Below are positions 28,790 through 37,502 of a stretch of 64,000 nucleotides of DNA, one piece after another. Under the pieces are notes generated by a model, which had not been told where the DNA came from, did no database searches, and worked only from the letters and a program-made list of their open reading frames with translations. This stretch comes from an uncultured Bacilli bacterium. Its GTDB lineage: Bacteria; Bacillota_I; Bacilli_A; RF39; UBA660. The stretch is from the NCBI GenBank assembly GCA_934155185.1, contig CAKPGT010000003.1, positions 30,970-94,969 on the forward strand, given 5' to 3'. Each line of letters begins with the position of its first letter. The stretch's first letter is position 1. Made by a program: the position numbers and the translations under genes.

Positions 28790-30709
28790 ATGAATAAATA
28801 TAATTATGATATTAAAAGAATTAATTCTGTGGAGGAAATATTGGATGGTAAAAAACTATTAATTAAAGAATTCATTAACATGGATTTGTCTAATTTGGAT
28901 TTGAGTATAATTCCTAAAGAGGCTTTTGAAAACTGCTTTTTTTATAATACAAACTTTAAAAATACAGGTATTAAATTTATTCCAAATAAATTAGCACCTG
29001 CAACAGAAAAGCAAATGGAGCTTTTCCAATTACCATGGCAATACAAATACAAGAATTCTATTTATTTTTGTAATTTTAGTGACAATGATTTAACATATTT
29101 GAGTCACGAAGATTTTTTACTTGGGGAGAAGCCTAAAAGAAATAACGAGTATTTTGAGGTTGCAACGATGGGTTGTGACTTTACAAATACAGGAATAAAT
29201 TTTTTAAATACATTAATTAATGTTAAGCTTGATTCTTCATATCAAAATTATGATTTTAACGACAAATTTTGGAAGTTTAATGGTGGATTGCTTCATTGGC
29301 CTGATTTTATAGATATTAACACAATTTTAATGAATCCATTTTTAAATGTACCTTCTTTTAGATTTCTTATTGCTATTAGATATTATATAGGTGATGTTGA
29401 ATTATTACTATATTCTGATACTCTTAGATCTAGAGTATCAAGTGATCCAAAAATGATGAAAAAAATTGTAGAAAAATGTGAAAGCTTTTTAGAATATGAT
29501 AAACAAGGATATGGCAAAAAACTTTATAATAAATTATCCCCATTTATGGATTTATATGCAAAAATCAGGTTTTTTGGAGCTTTTAGCATATGCAATTTGA
29601 ATCTTAAAAATATAGATTTTGAAGATATTCCAACAGAAGTTTTACGATTTTATGAAATACAGAATAATAATTTTGAAAATATAACTTTTAATTATACAAT
29701 TAATGATTTATTAAAGATTCCAGGCGGACCAAGTCATTTTTTGGATACAATTAGTGGTTATGAAAATAAATACAAGGATTTGTTTATTACTAAAATAAAT
29801 TATAATAGTTGGCAAGAAAATCCAAATGCTGTAAAAAGAGTATCAGAAAGTGCTATTACTTTTTTTACGAAAGTATATGTAGAACTAAATAGAATATGTA
29901 ACGCTAAGTGTACTTTTTGCAGAAACGAAACATTTAATAAGAGTAAGTATGATTTAAATAAAATAATAGATACTTTAGACTCGATTAAGAATTACATCAA
30001 TGCTATAGTAATAGGCGGTGGGGAGCCTACACTTAGATTAGATGATGTAAAGAAGCTTCATGATAGCATTATCAATAATGACTTAGATTGGCATTTATTT
30101 ACTAATGGAAGTAATCCTTCTATCATAAAAGATGATTATATAATGGATAATTTTAGGCTTAATTTAAGCAGGCATGCTGTTAATGACAATGAAAACGCTA
30201 AAATATTTAATATGGATAGTAATAAGATTATGACTACCCATGAAATAGAAAAACTAAATTGTAGGAATGAAGAAGTAACATTAAATGCTGTTTGCTTTAA
30301 AGGCGGATTAGATAGTTTTGATAAAATAATAGAATATATAAAATACGCAAGGGAAATTGGTTGTAAAAAAGTATTAATTCAAGATTTACAAAGAGAGTTA
30401 TCTTTAGGTAATAATTATATAAATAATGATATATGTATAGACGCTGTTATTTTACCTAGGGTAAGAGAGTATTTAAAAAGTATTGGTTATAAAGAAAAGT
30501 ATCCAATTTATGCAACTGGTGGCTATGTATCTTATGTATTAGAAAAAGATGGATTTTCTATTTCATTACAAAAATATATTACCCAAAGCGAGTTAGATGA
30601 AAACTGGGTTAAGTCTATAAAAAGAGCATTCGATTTATCAGTAGATCCAAGTGGCAATTTATATGAAAATTGGAATCAAAAAGATGGTAGGGTAAAGATT
30701 AAAAAATAA
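28790..30709 (+). CDS. pentapeptide-repeat-like N-terminal region fused to a radical SAM domain
   Basis: CX3CX2C cluster motif CNAKCTFC (29897..29920) followed by GGGEPTL. The N-terminal ~350 aa have loose pentapeptide-like units (LSNLDLSIIP, FCNFSDNDLT, GCDFTNTGINF, ICNLNLKNIDF). Confidence 0.75.
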   Translation: MNKYNYDIKRINSVEEILDGKKLLIKEFINMDLSNLDLSIIPKEAFENCFFYNTNFKNTGIKFIPNKLAPATEKQMELFQLPWQYKYKNSIYFCNFSDNDLTYLSHEDFLLGEKPKRNNEYFEVATMGCDFTNTGINFLNTLINVKLDSSYQNYDFNDKFWKFNGGLLHWPDFIDINTILMNPFLNVPSFRFLIAIRYYIGDVELLLYSDTLRSRVSSDPKMMKKIVEKCESFLEYDKQGYGKKLYNKLSPFMDLYAKIRFFGAFSICNLNLKNIDFEDIPTEVLRFYEIQNNNFENITFNYTINDLLKIPGGPSHFLDTISGYENKYKDLFITKINYNSWQENPNAVKRVSESAITFFTKVYVELNRICNAKCTFCRNETFNKSKYDLNKIIDTLDSIKNYINAIVIGGGEPTLRLDDVKKLHDSIINNDLDWHLFTNGSNPSIIKDDYIMDNFRLNLSRHAVNDNENAKIFNMDSNKIMTTHEIEKLNCRNEEVTLNAVCFKGGLDSFDKIIEYIKYAREIGCKKVLIQDLQRELSLGNNYINNDICIDAVILPRVREYLKSIGYKEKYPIYATGGYVSYVLEKDGFSISLQKYITQSELDENWVKSIKRAFDLSVDPSGNLYENWNQKDGRVKIKK

Positions 30710-30729
30710 TATAAAAATATATTAAAATC

Positions 30730-30755
30730 GCTTACGAATATTCGTAAGCTTTTTA
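30730..30755. terminator. second exact copy of the GCTTACGAATATTCGTAAGC palindrome (bidirectional terminator)
   Basis: Identical 20-nt palindrome followed by TTTTTA. It lies between the radical SAM gene (+) and the convergent 30753..31196 gene (-). Confidence 0.75.
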
Positions 30756-31196
30756 TATTGTATGCTTTTTGAAATCTAAATCATAGTTTACATTTTCTAT
30801 TTCGCCACTGTTAGCTAAATCCTCTATAATTTTCTTATTATCTATAATTGGATCTTGAAGTACGTAAGAAAAATGATAAACAGTATAATTATTTAGGTCC
30901 TTAAAATTGTATGAAGAAATAGGGTTAATATCTAAAGCTAAGCTAATATCCTTTACTAATTTGTTAACAATATCATTATCAATACTATTTTCGGCTATAA
31001 CAGTTAATGAACCATTTTGCTTTTGAAAACAAATGCTTAGGTATCCATTTACATTTTCTTTATTTATACTTTTTATATTAACTTCATAATTTTCATATTC
31101 GCAAGTTTTTATAGAAACTTCATATTCATCTTGCAAAGCTCTAAATATTTTTGCAAAAGAACTTATGTAGGACTTTTCATAATTAGCATTTAACAT
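30753..31196 (-). CDS. hypothetical protein
   Basis: 147-aa ORF with no recognisable motif. Confidence 0.45.
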   Translation of the reverse strand: MLNANYEKSYISSFAKIFRALQDEYEVSIKTCEYENYEVNIKSINKENVNGYLSICFQKQNGSLTVIAENSIDNDIVNKLVKDISLALDINPISSYNFKDLNNYTVYHFSYVLQDPIIDNKKIIEDLANSGEIENVNYDLDFKKHTI

Positions 31197-31257
31197 ATAT
31201 AATCACCATTACTATTATAGGTAAAAAGAAAAAAACTTATGAGTAAAATTCATAAGT

Positions 31258-32691
31258 TTAATATTGCTTAGCCCAGTAAATCTTTGTTTTTGCATCTTTA
31301 CCACAGCATACACATTTTTTATCGCCATCAGGTTCAGCACCTTCAAAAGGCATACATCTAGATTTTAGCCCGAGTTCATCTTTTATTTTGTTTTCGCATG
31401 AAACATCACCGCACCAATTACTATATATAAATCCAGGCTTACTTGCTGTTTCTTTCATTTCATCCCAAGAAGATACGTTATATAGCATAGCATTTCTTCT
31501 CTTTAATGCTCTTTGATACATATCATTTTGTATATTTACTAATAGTTCACTTATCTTAATTGAAGCTTCATTAATAGATATATCTTCTTTTTCTAATGTA
31601 TCTCGTCTTACTATAGTAACAGTATTATTTGATAGACCACGTTTTCCTATTTCAATTCTAATAGGGTATCCCTTTACTTCAGCTTCAGCAAACTTAAATC
31701 CAGGAGTTTTATCCTTATTATCTATTTTATAGGTTATACTTAAATCTTTTAGTTCATTAGAAATTTTATCTACCACATTATTAACCTCATCATCATTTCC
31801 AATAGGTATTATAACTACTTTATAAGGTGCAATTCTAGGTGGAAGAACAAGCCCTCTATCATCACCATGAACCATTATTATTTCACCAATCATTCTAGTT
31901 GTACTACCCCAAGATGTTTGGTAAGGAGTTTCTAATTTATTTTCTTTATTTAAAAACTTTATATCAAATGCCCTTGCAAAACCTTGCCCAAAATAATGTG
32001 ACGTAGCGCTTTGAAGAGCAACCCCATCATACATCATAGCTTCAATAGAGTATGTATCTTCTGCACCAGCAAATTTTTCCTTATCGGTCTTTTTTCCTGT
32101 AAAAACAGGTACAGCTAATACGTTTCTTTGAAAATCTTCATATACTTTAAGCATTCTAAGTGTTTCATTAACGGCTTCTTCTTTACTAGCATGCATTGTA
32201 TGACCTTCTTGCCAAAGTATTTCTCTAGTTCTTAAAAAAGGCCTTGTAGTTTTTTCCCATCTAACTATTGTACACCACTGATTATATAAAAGTGGTAAGT
32301 CCCTATAAGAATTAATTATTTTTTTAAAATGTTCACAAAACAATGTCTCAGAAGTAGGCCTAATACACATTTTTTCTTCTAATTTATTTGAGCCACCTTG
32401 CGTAACCCAGGCTACTTCAGGCGCAAATCCTTCTACATGATCTTTTTCTACTTGTAAAAGGCTTTCTGGTATAAAGGCTGGCATTCTTAGGTTTTCATGC
32501 CCTGTTTCTTTAAACTTTTTATCCATTATACTTTGTATATTTTCCCAAATAGCATATCCATAAGGTCTTATTATCATACTTCCTTTTACTGATGAGTAAT
32601 CTACTAAATCAGCTTTTTTACAAACATCTGTATACCACTGTGCAAAGTTAGTATCACGACTTGTTATTTCTTTTACTTGTTTATCATTCAT
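31258..32691 (-). CDS. proS: proline--tRNA ligase (archaeal/eukaryote-like type)
   Basis: Class II motifs (IRPTSET, FRTREILWQEGH, GxGxGxxR-like region) and a C-terminal Zn-binding-type tail ending WAKQY. Start is at ATG 32691 (MNDKQV), after SD AAGGA. Confidence 0.95.
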   Translation of the reverse strand: MNDKQVKEITSRDTNFAQWYTDVCKKADLVDYSSVKGSMIIRPYGYAIWENIQSIMDKKFKETGHENLRMPAFIPESLLQVEKDHVEGFAPEVAWVTQGGSNKLEEKMCIRPTSETLFCEHFKKIINSYRDLPLLYNQWCTIVRWEKTTRPFLRTREILWQEGHTMHASKEEAVNETLRMLKVYEDFQRNVLAVPVFTGKKTDKEKFAGAEDTYSIEAMMYDGVALQSATSHYFGQGFARAFDIKFLNKENKLETPYQTSWGSTTRMIGEIIMVHGDDRGLVLPPRIAPYKVVIIPIGNDDEVNNVVDKISNELKDLSITYKIDNKDKTPGFKFAEAEVKGYPIRIEIGKRGLSNNTVTIVRRDTLEKEDISINEASIKISELLVNIQNDMYQRALKRRNAMLYNVSSWDEMKETASKPGFIYSNWCGDVSCENKIKDELGLKSRCMPFEGAEPDGDKKCVCCGKDAKTKIYWAKQY

Positions 32692-32704
32692 ATAAAACAC
32701 ATCC

Positions 32705-33220
32705 TTATCCTAAAATTCCTCTTAATAGTCCAAAAGATAAACTTCCAACTATAATTCCTGCTAAAATAACACCAAGTGTTATTGCTAAAAGTGCTTTTTT
32801 CTTATCCATATTTATTAAAGCTGCTATTAAGCTTCCTGTCCATCCACCCGTTCCGGGAAGGGGAATACCAACAAATAGTAGAAGACCAAAAAATTCAGCT
32901 TTTTCTATTTTATCTTTTTTACTTAGTGCTTTATTTTCTATTTTATTTACTAGCTTACTAAAGTGCTTAGTTTTTTTAAGCCAATTGAATATTGGAGTTA
33001 TAAGCCATAAAATAAATGGAATTGGAATTAAATTACCAATTAAACATATTATAAATGCTGGAACTATATCAAGCCCTAGTAAAGCTGCTGCGATAAGCCC
33101 GCCTCTAAGTTCTAATATTGGCATTAAGGAAATAATAAAAACAATTAATTCCTTACCAAATGGAATACTTCTTAACCCATCAAATAATCCTAATAAAGTA
33201 TGTACTAAGCTTTCTGCCAT
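32705..33220 (-). CDS. small multidrug export-like membrane protein (COG2426 family)
   Basis: Polytopic 171 aa with the PILELRGGLIAA motif. Ends 5 nt from the proS ORF. Confidence 0.7.
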   Translation of the reverse strand: MAESLVHTLLGLFDGLRSIPFGKELIVFIISLMPILELRGGLIAAALLGLDIVPAFIICLIGNLIPIPFILWLITPIFNWLKKTKHFSKLVNKIENKALSKKDKIEKAEFFGLLLFVGIPLPGTGGWTGSLIAALINMDKKKALLAITLGVILAGIIVGSLSFGLLRGILG

Positions 33221-33373
33221 AAAAAAATCACCTCATATAGTTAGTATTATATCATATATAATCTTGTAATATGAATACCTATTTAATATTTTATGTAAAT
33301 TAATGCAAACAAAGGCGACTTATATAAATAAAAAACTAATTATTATGTTAAAATTATTATAGAGGTATAAAAT

Positions 33374-34078
33374 ATGGAAAAGATAATTATTGATGATATA
33401 AATAAACTAAAAAATATTTTAATTTCCTTTAATATAGGAGAGGAAATCTTTAATCATGCCTCTAAAATGGACTTTAATATAGAAAAAATGTTTTATGATA
33501 AAATAATAAATGATTATTCAGATAAAACTTTAGATGAAGTTACAAGAAACTTATTAGGGGTATATGGAAATTATATTGCAACACTTTATTATAAGAAGAT
33601 ATATAATGATACTAAAAATGAGGTTCCTATAATAGACGATGATGGAAAAGAAGTAACAAGAGCGGATATATCGTTTACAGATGGTTTAGGTAAAAAAACT
33701 TATGTAGAAGTGAAAGCTGCAAAACAAATAATAGATAATATTAGAAATTATGTTGATTTAGATGAGGATTTAAGTAATTGTTATTCGGATAAAGATAGTG
33801 AAATAATTAAATATAAGATGATTGGTAAGAAATTAATTACTCAAGTAAAGAAATTATCTAAAACTGGGGCAAATGTAATTGTCGCTATATTTGATGGTTG
33901 TTATATGGATGATATAATAAAAGATGAATTAAAAGATTTAAATGCTAAAATAAACATCATTAATATGAATATAAATGATTTAGAAGAAGAAATAAAAAGA
34001 AAACTTATTTTAGCAAGAAACTATATTATGGAAAATACTACTTTAAATATTGAAAATAAAAAGAGTGCTAAAATGTGA
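33374..34078 (+). CDS. hypothetical protein with a possible PD-(D/E)XK-like motif
   Basis: RADISFTD ... TYVEVKAAK gives a D-(x)n-E-x-K arrangement. Otherwise unrecognised. Confidence 0.35.
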   Translation: MEKIIIDDINKLKNILISFNIGEEIFNHASKMDFNIEKMFYDKIINDYSDKTLDEVTRNLLGVYGNYIATLYYKKIYNDTKNEVPIIDDDGKEVTRADISFTDGLGKKTYVEVKAAKQIIDNIRNYVDLDEDLSNCYSDKDSEIIKYKMIGKKLITQVKKLSKTGANVIVAIFDGCYMDDIIKDELKDLNAKINIINMNINDLEEEIKRKLILARNYIMENTTLNIENKKSAKM

Positions 34079-34128
34079 CATGTGCATTCTTTTTGTTTAC
34101 ATAACATAAAATAATTTAGGTGATTTAT

Positions 34129-35502
34129 TTGACTAGATTAACGGTTAAAGATTTAATTGATGTATCTCATGCCAAATTAGTAAGTGGAAATTTACTAGAT
34201 GAAATAGGAGAGTGCTTTATAGATAGTAGTAAGGTTAATAATGGTGGTTGCTTTTTTGGTATTAAGGGTTGTAATACGGATGGCTCACTATTTTATAAAG
34301 AAGCTTTTTTAAATGGTGCTAGTGTATGTGTTATAAATGAGAAAATAGAGTTTGATATAAATGATTTTAAAGATAAAACTCTTCTAACGGTTAAAGATAC
34401 TAAAGAATCATTACAGCTTTTAGCTAAAAGAAAAAGAGATTTATTTAAAGGTACTGTAGTTGCTATAACAGGTAGCGTTGGTAAAACATCGACTAAGGAA
34501 ATGATATATAATATATTAAATAAAAAATATAAAGTTTTAAAAACGATAGGTAATCAAAATAGTCAGCTTGGACTACCACTTACTATATTAAGATTAAAAG
34601 ATGAAGAAGTTATGGTACTTGAAATGGGAATGAATGATTTAGGACAGATAGAAAAGTTATCACTTATAGCAAGACCAGATATTTCAGTTATAACAAACAT
34701 ATATGATTCACATATAGGTATTTTAGGCTCTAGAGAAAATATACTAAAGGCTAAACTTGAGATAGTGCGTGGCATGAAAAAGGGCTATTTAATAGTTAAT
34801 AATGATAATGATATGCTTTATAATTTAGAACTTAAAAATAAAAATATAGATATTATAACCTATGGTATTAAAAATAGTTCAAACTATATGGCTTATAATG
34901 TTAAAGAAGATGATATAGTTACGTTTGATACAAAAGATATTAAAGATATAAAAATAAGGGAAGGAGTGCCATTTGTCTATAACGCACTAGCTTCTATTAT
35001 AGTAGGGAAAATGCTTTTGGTTACAAATGAATTGATTAAAGATGGTATAAATGATAGAAGAAGTGTAAGCCATAGACTAGAGGATATTAAGATAAATAAT
35101 TATTTAATAATTGATGATACATATAATGCCAGCTATGAGTCTTTAAAAGTAGCATTAAATTATATGAGTAAGATAAATGGAAGAAAAGTAGTTATTTTAG
35201 GTGATATTTTAGAACTAGGCGAGGATTCTATAAGTATACATAAAAAAATAGGAAAATTATTACTAGATTATAATATTGATTATTTGATAACAATAGGAAG
35301 CTACTCTAAATATATAGACTCAAGCATTATAGATAATGGATTTAATAAAGATAATGTAAAACATTTTGATAATGAACTTAATTCGAGAAAGTTTATTAAA
35401 GATTTAATAAAAGAAAATGAAGTGGTTTTAATAAAAGGTTCGAACAGTACTAATTTAGTAAACATAATAAATTATTTAAAAAAGAAGGATTTAAGATTTT
35501 AG
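34129..35502 (+). CDS. murF: UDP-N-acetylmuramoyl-tripeptide--D-alanyl-D-alanine ligase
   Basis: Mur ligase P-loop ITGSVGKTSTKE, plus VLEMGMN, DTYNAS and GDILELG motifs. Start is TTG 34129, after SD AGGTGA. Confidence 0.9.
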   Translation: MTRLTVKDLIDVSHAKLVSGNLLDEIGECFIDSSKVNNGGCFFGIKGCNTDGSLFYKEAFLNGASVCVINEKIEFDINDFKDKTLLTVKDTKESLQLLAKRKRDLFKGTVVAITGSVGKTSTKEMIYNILNKKYKVLKTIGNQNSQLGLPLTILRLKDEEVMVLEMGMNDLGQIEKLSLIARPDISVITNIYDSHIGILGSRENILKAKLEIVRGMKKGYLIVNNDNDMLYNLELKNKNIDIITYGIKNSSNYMAYNVKEDDIVTFDTKDIKDIKIREGVPFVYNALASIIVGKMLLVTNELIKDGINDRRSVSHRLEDIKINNYLIIDDTYNASYESLKVALNYMSKINGRKVVILGDILELGEDSISIHKKIGKLLLDYNIDYLITIGSYSKYIDSSIIDNGFNKDNVKHFDNELNSRKFIKDLIKENEVVLIKGSNSTNLVNIINYLKKKDLRF

Positions 35503-36204
35503 TCCTTCTTTTAACATGTCTTCTAATTTTTTACATCTTTCTTTATCCATGCTAGGAGTACCCTTTAATGGATAACAAATTCCTAGCTCTTCATACTTAT
35601 GAACTCCTAAGGTATGGTATGGTAAAAGCTCTATTTTTTCTACATTTTTAAGAGGTTTAATAAAATAAATTAGTTCATTTATATATTCTTTGGTATCATT
35701 TATTCCTGGTACAATAACAACTCTAATCCAGAGCTTTTTATCTAATTTTTCACATTGCCTTAAGAATAATAGTGAATTTTTAATATCAAACCCAGTCATA
35801 TTTTTATAGTTTTCCTGATTAGTTCCTTTTATGTCAAATAAGACGAGATCAGTATATTTTAAAACCTCTTCACAGTTAGGTATGCTGCCTGCAGTATCTA
35901 AGCATGTGTGAATATCATTTTTTTTGCATAGTTTTAAACATTCAAGTAGAAAGTCTTTTTGCATTAGAGGTTCTCCGCCTGAAAATGTTACTCCACCATT
36001 ATTTTTAAAATATGGTTTATAGTTAAGAATTTTATTTATTAATTCCTCTGGTGTATAATTAGATGCTTTTCCATTCAAATCCCATGTTTCAGGATTATGG
36101 CAAAATTTACACCTAAGGGGACAGCCTTGCATAAATACAACAAATCTAACTCCTGGTCCATCAACTAATCCCATTGTTTCTATACTATTTATTTTTCCAA
36201 TCAT
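35491..36204 (-). CDS. pflA: pyruvate formate-lyase activating enzyme (radical SAM)
   Basis: IETMGLVDGPGVRFVVFMQGCPLRCKFCHNPETW and GGVTFSGGEP. Start is ATG 36204, after SD GGTGAT. The 3' end overlaps murF by 12 bp (convergent). Confidence 0.9.
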   Translation of the reverse strand: MIGKINSIETMGLVDGPGVRFVVFMQGCPLRCKFCHNPETWDLNGKASNYTPEELINKILNYKPYFKNNGGVTFSGGEPLMQKDFLLECLKLCKKNDIHTCLDTAGSIPNCEEVLKYTDLVLFDIKGTNQENYKNMTGFDIKNSLLFLRQCEKLDKKLWIRVVIVPGINDTKEYINELIYFIKPLKNVEKIELLPYHTLGVHKYEELGICYPLKGTPSMDKERCKKLEDMLKEGLKS

Positions 36205-36308
36205 ATCTATCACCATGTTAATTATATATTAAAAGCAAACAATATCCAACAATATTTTTAAAAATAATTAATATAATAGACGGTTAAACAAAAGGAGAGA
36301 TAGGTATT

Positions 36309-37199
36309 ATGAACTATTATAATGAAATAAAGGAAGAACTAGTAAATAATGAAGTATATAAAAAGGTAAAGGATTACTCTAAAAATAGAAGTGATTTAAA
36401 AACGTATTATAATGTTGGAAAGTTATTAAATGATGCTGGTAAAAAATATGGTGAGGGTATTATAAAAAAGTATTCTGATAAATTAAGCAGAGACCTAGGT
36501 AAAAAGTATAATGAAAGAACACTTAGAAGATTTAGACAATTTTATAATTTGTTTAGTGAACAAAAATGGACGACAGTGTCGACCAAATTGCTATGGAGTC
36601 ATTATGTTGAATTATTATCAATGGATGATATATGTGAAATTAATTATTACATAAAAATAGCGGAAGAAGAAAATTTATCTGTAAGAAAGTTAAGAGAGCG
36701 AATAAAAAATAATGAATATGAAAGACTAGATGACAAGACTAGGATTAAATTAAGTTCTAAGAAAAAAACGGATGCACATGATTTTATAAAAAATCCTATA
36801 CTTATAAGAAATAAATTTGATACTGATAAACTATCTGAAAAAATGTTAAAGCAAAGTGTGTTAGAAGACCTTTCACATTTTTTAAATGAATTAGGTAGTG
36901 GATATGCATTTATAAGAGAAGAATATCCAATAAAACTAGGTGATAGATATAATTATATAGATATACTTTTGTTTAATTATGTAAATAATAACTTTGCTGT
37001 AGTAGAGCTTAAAATAGGTGAAATAAAAAAAGAACATATAGGGCAGGTACAAACATATATGAATTATATTGATAAAAATTTAAAAACAATTAATCAAAAT
37101 GACACCATAGGAATTATTATCTGTAAAAAAGGTAATAGCTTTATAATGCAGTATGTTACAAACAAAAATATATACGAAAGAGAGTATGAACTAATATAA
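36309..37199 (+). CDS. DUF1016 / YhcG-like PD-(D/E)XK nuclease, paralogue 2
   Basis: TLRRFRQFY, LLWSHYVELL, ELGSGYAFIREEY, YIDILLFN and AVVELK motifs. Confidence 0.85.
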   Translation: MNYYNEIKEELVNNEVYKKVKDYSKNRSDLKTYYNVGKLLNDAGKKYGEGIIKKYSDKLSRDLGKKYNERTLRRFRQFYNLFSEQKWTTVSTKLLWSHYVELLSMDDICEINYYIKIAEEENLSVRKLRERIKNNEYERLDDKTRIKLSSKKKTDAHDFIKNPILIRNKFDTDKLSEKMLKQSVLEDLSHFLNELGSGYAFIREEYPIKLGDRYNYIDILLFNYVNNNFAVVELKIGEIKKEHIGQVQTYMNYIDKNLKTINQNDTIGIIICKKGNSFIMQYVTNKNIYEREYELI

Positions 37200-37214
37200 T
37201 TTAAAACACTAATT

Positions 37215-37400
37215 ATTATAATGAAATAAGAGTGAACTAATAAATAATGTGGTATATAAAAAAGTATTTTGACAAGTTAACTAAAGAGTTAGGGAAAGGC
37301 TATACATTTATTTCATTTGTAAGAATGAGACAATTTTTTAGTATTTCTAAAAAAATTGCGACACTGTCGCAACTATTATTGTTGAGTCATTATACTGAAT
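37215..37400 (+). pseudogene. degenerate partial duplicate of the 5' part of the DUF1016 gene
   Basis: DNA ATTATAATGAAATAAGAGTGAACTAATAAATAATGTGGTATATAAAAAAGTA parallels the start of 36309. Translated fragments KELGKGYTFISFVRMRQFF and LLLSHYTEF, with stops. Confidence 0.55.
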
Positions 37401-37502
37401 TTATAATATAGATAAAATTAATTGTTCCATAAAAACGGCAAAAAAGAAAATTTATTTGCAAGAAAAAAATATAGGGAGCAATTCACCTATATTTTAATTT
37501 TT

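Noticed and set aside
32661-33269. 202-aa plus-strand ORF, and similar long antisense ORFs at 43995..44648, 40568..41080, 10626..11042, 55646..56074, 42415..42789, 26673..27026, 52082..52405 and 61023..61349.
   Set aside because: Each lies inside, and antisense to, a gene with strong family motifs. The translations are I/L/F/S-rich low-complexity sequence typical of antisense frames in AT-rich DNA, and no SD sequences were seen.
32692-33373. T-box leader expected upstream of proS.
   Set aside because: proS is preceded at 5 nt by a membrane-protein gene. The 150-bp region upstream of that gene shows no specifier/T-box (AGGGTGGTACCGCG-like) sequence that I could find.
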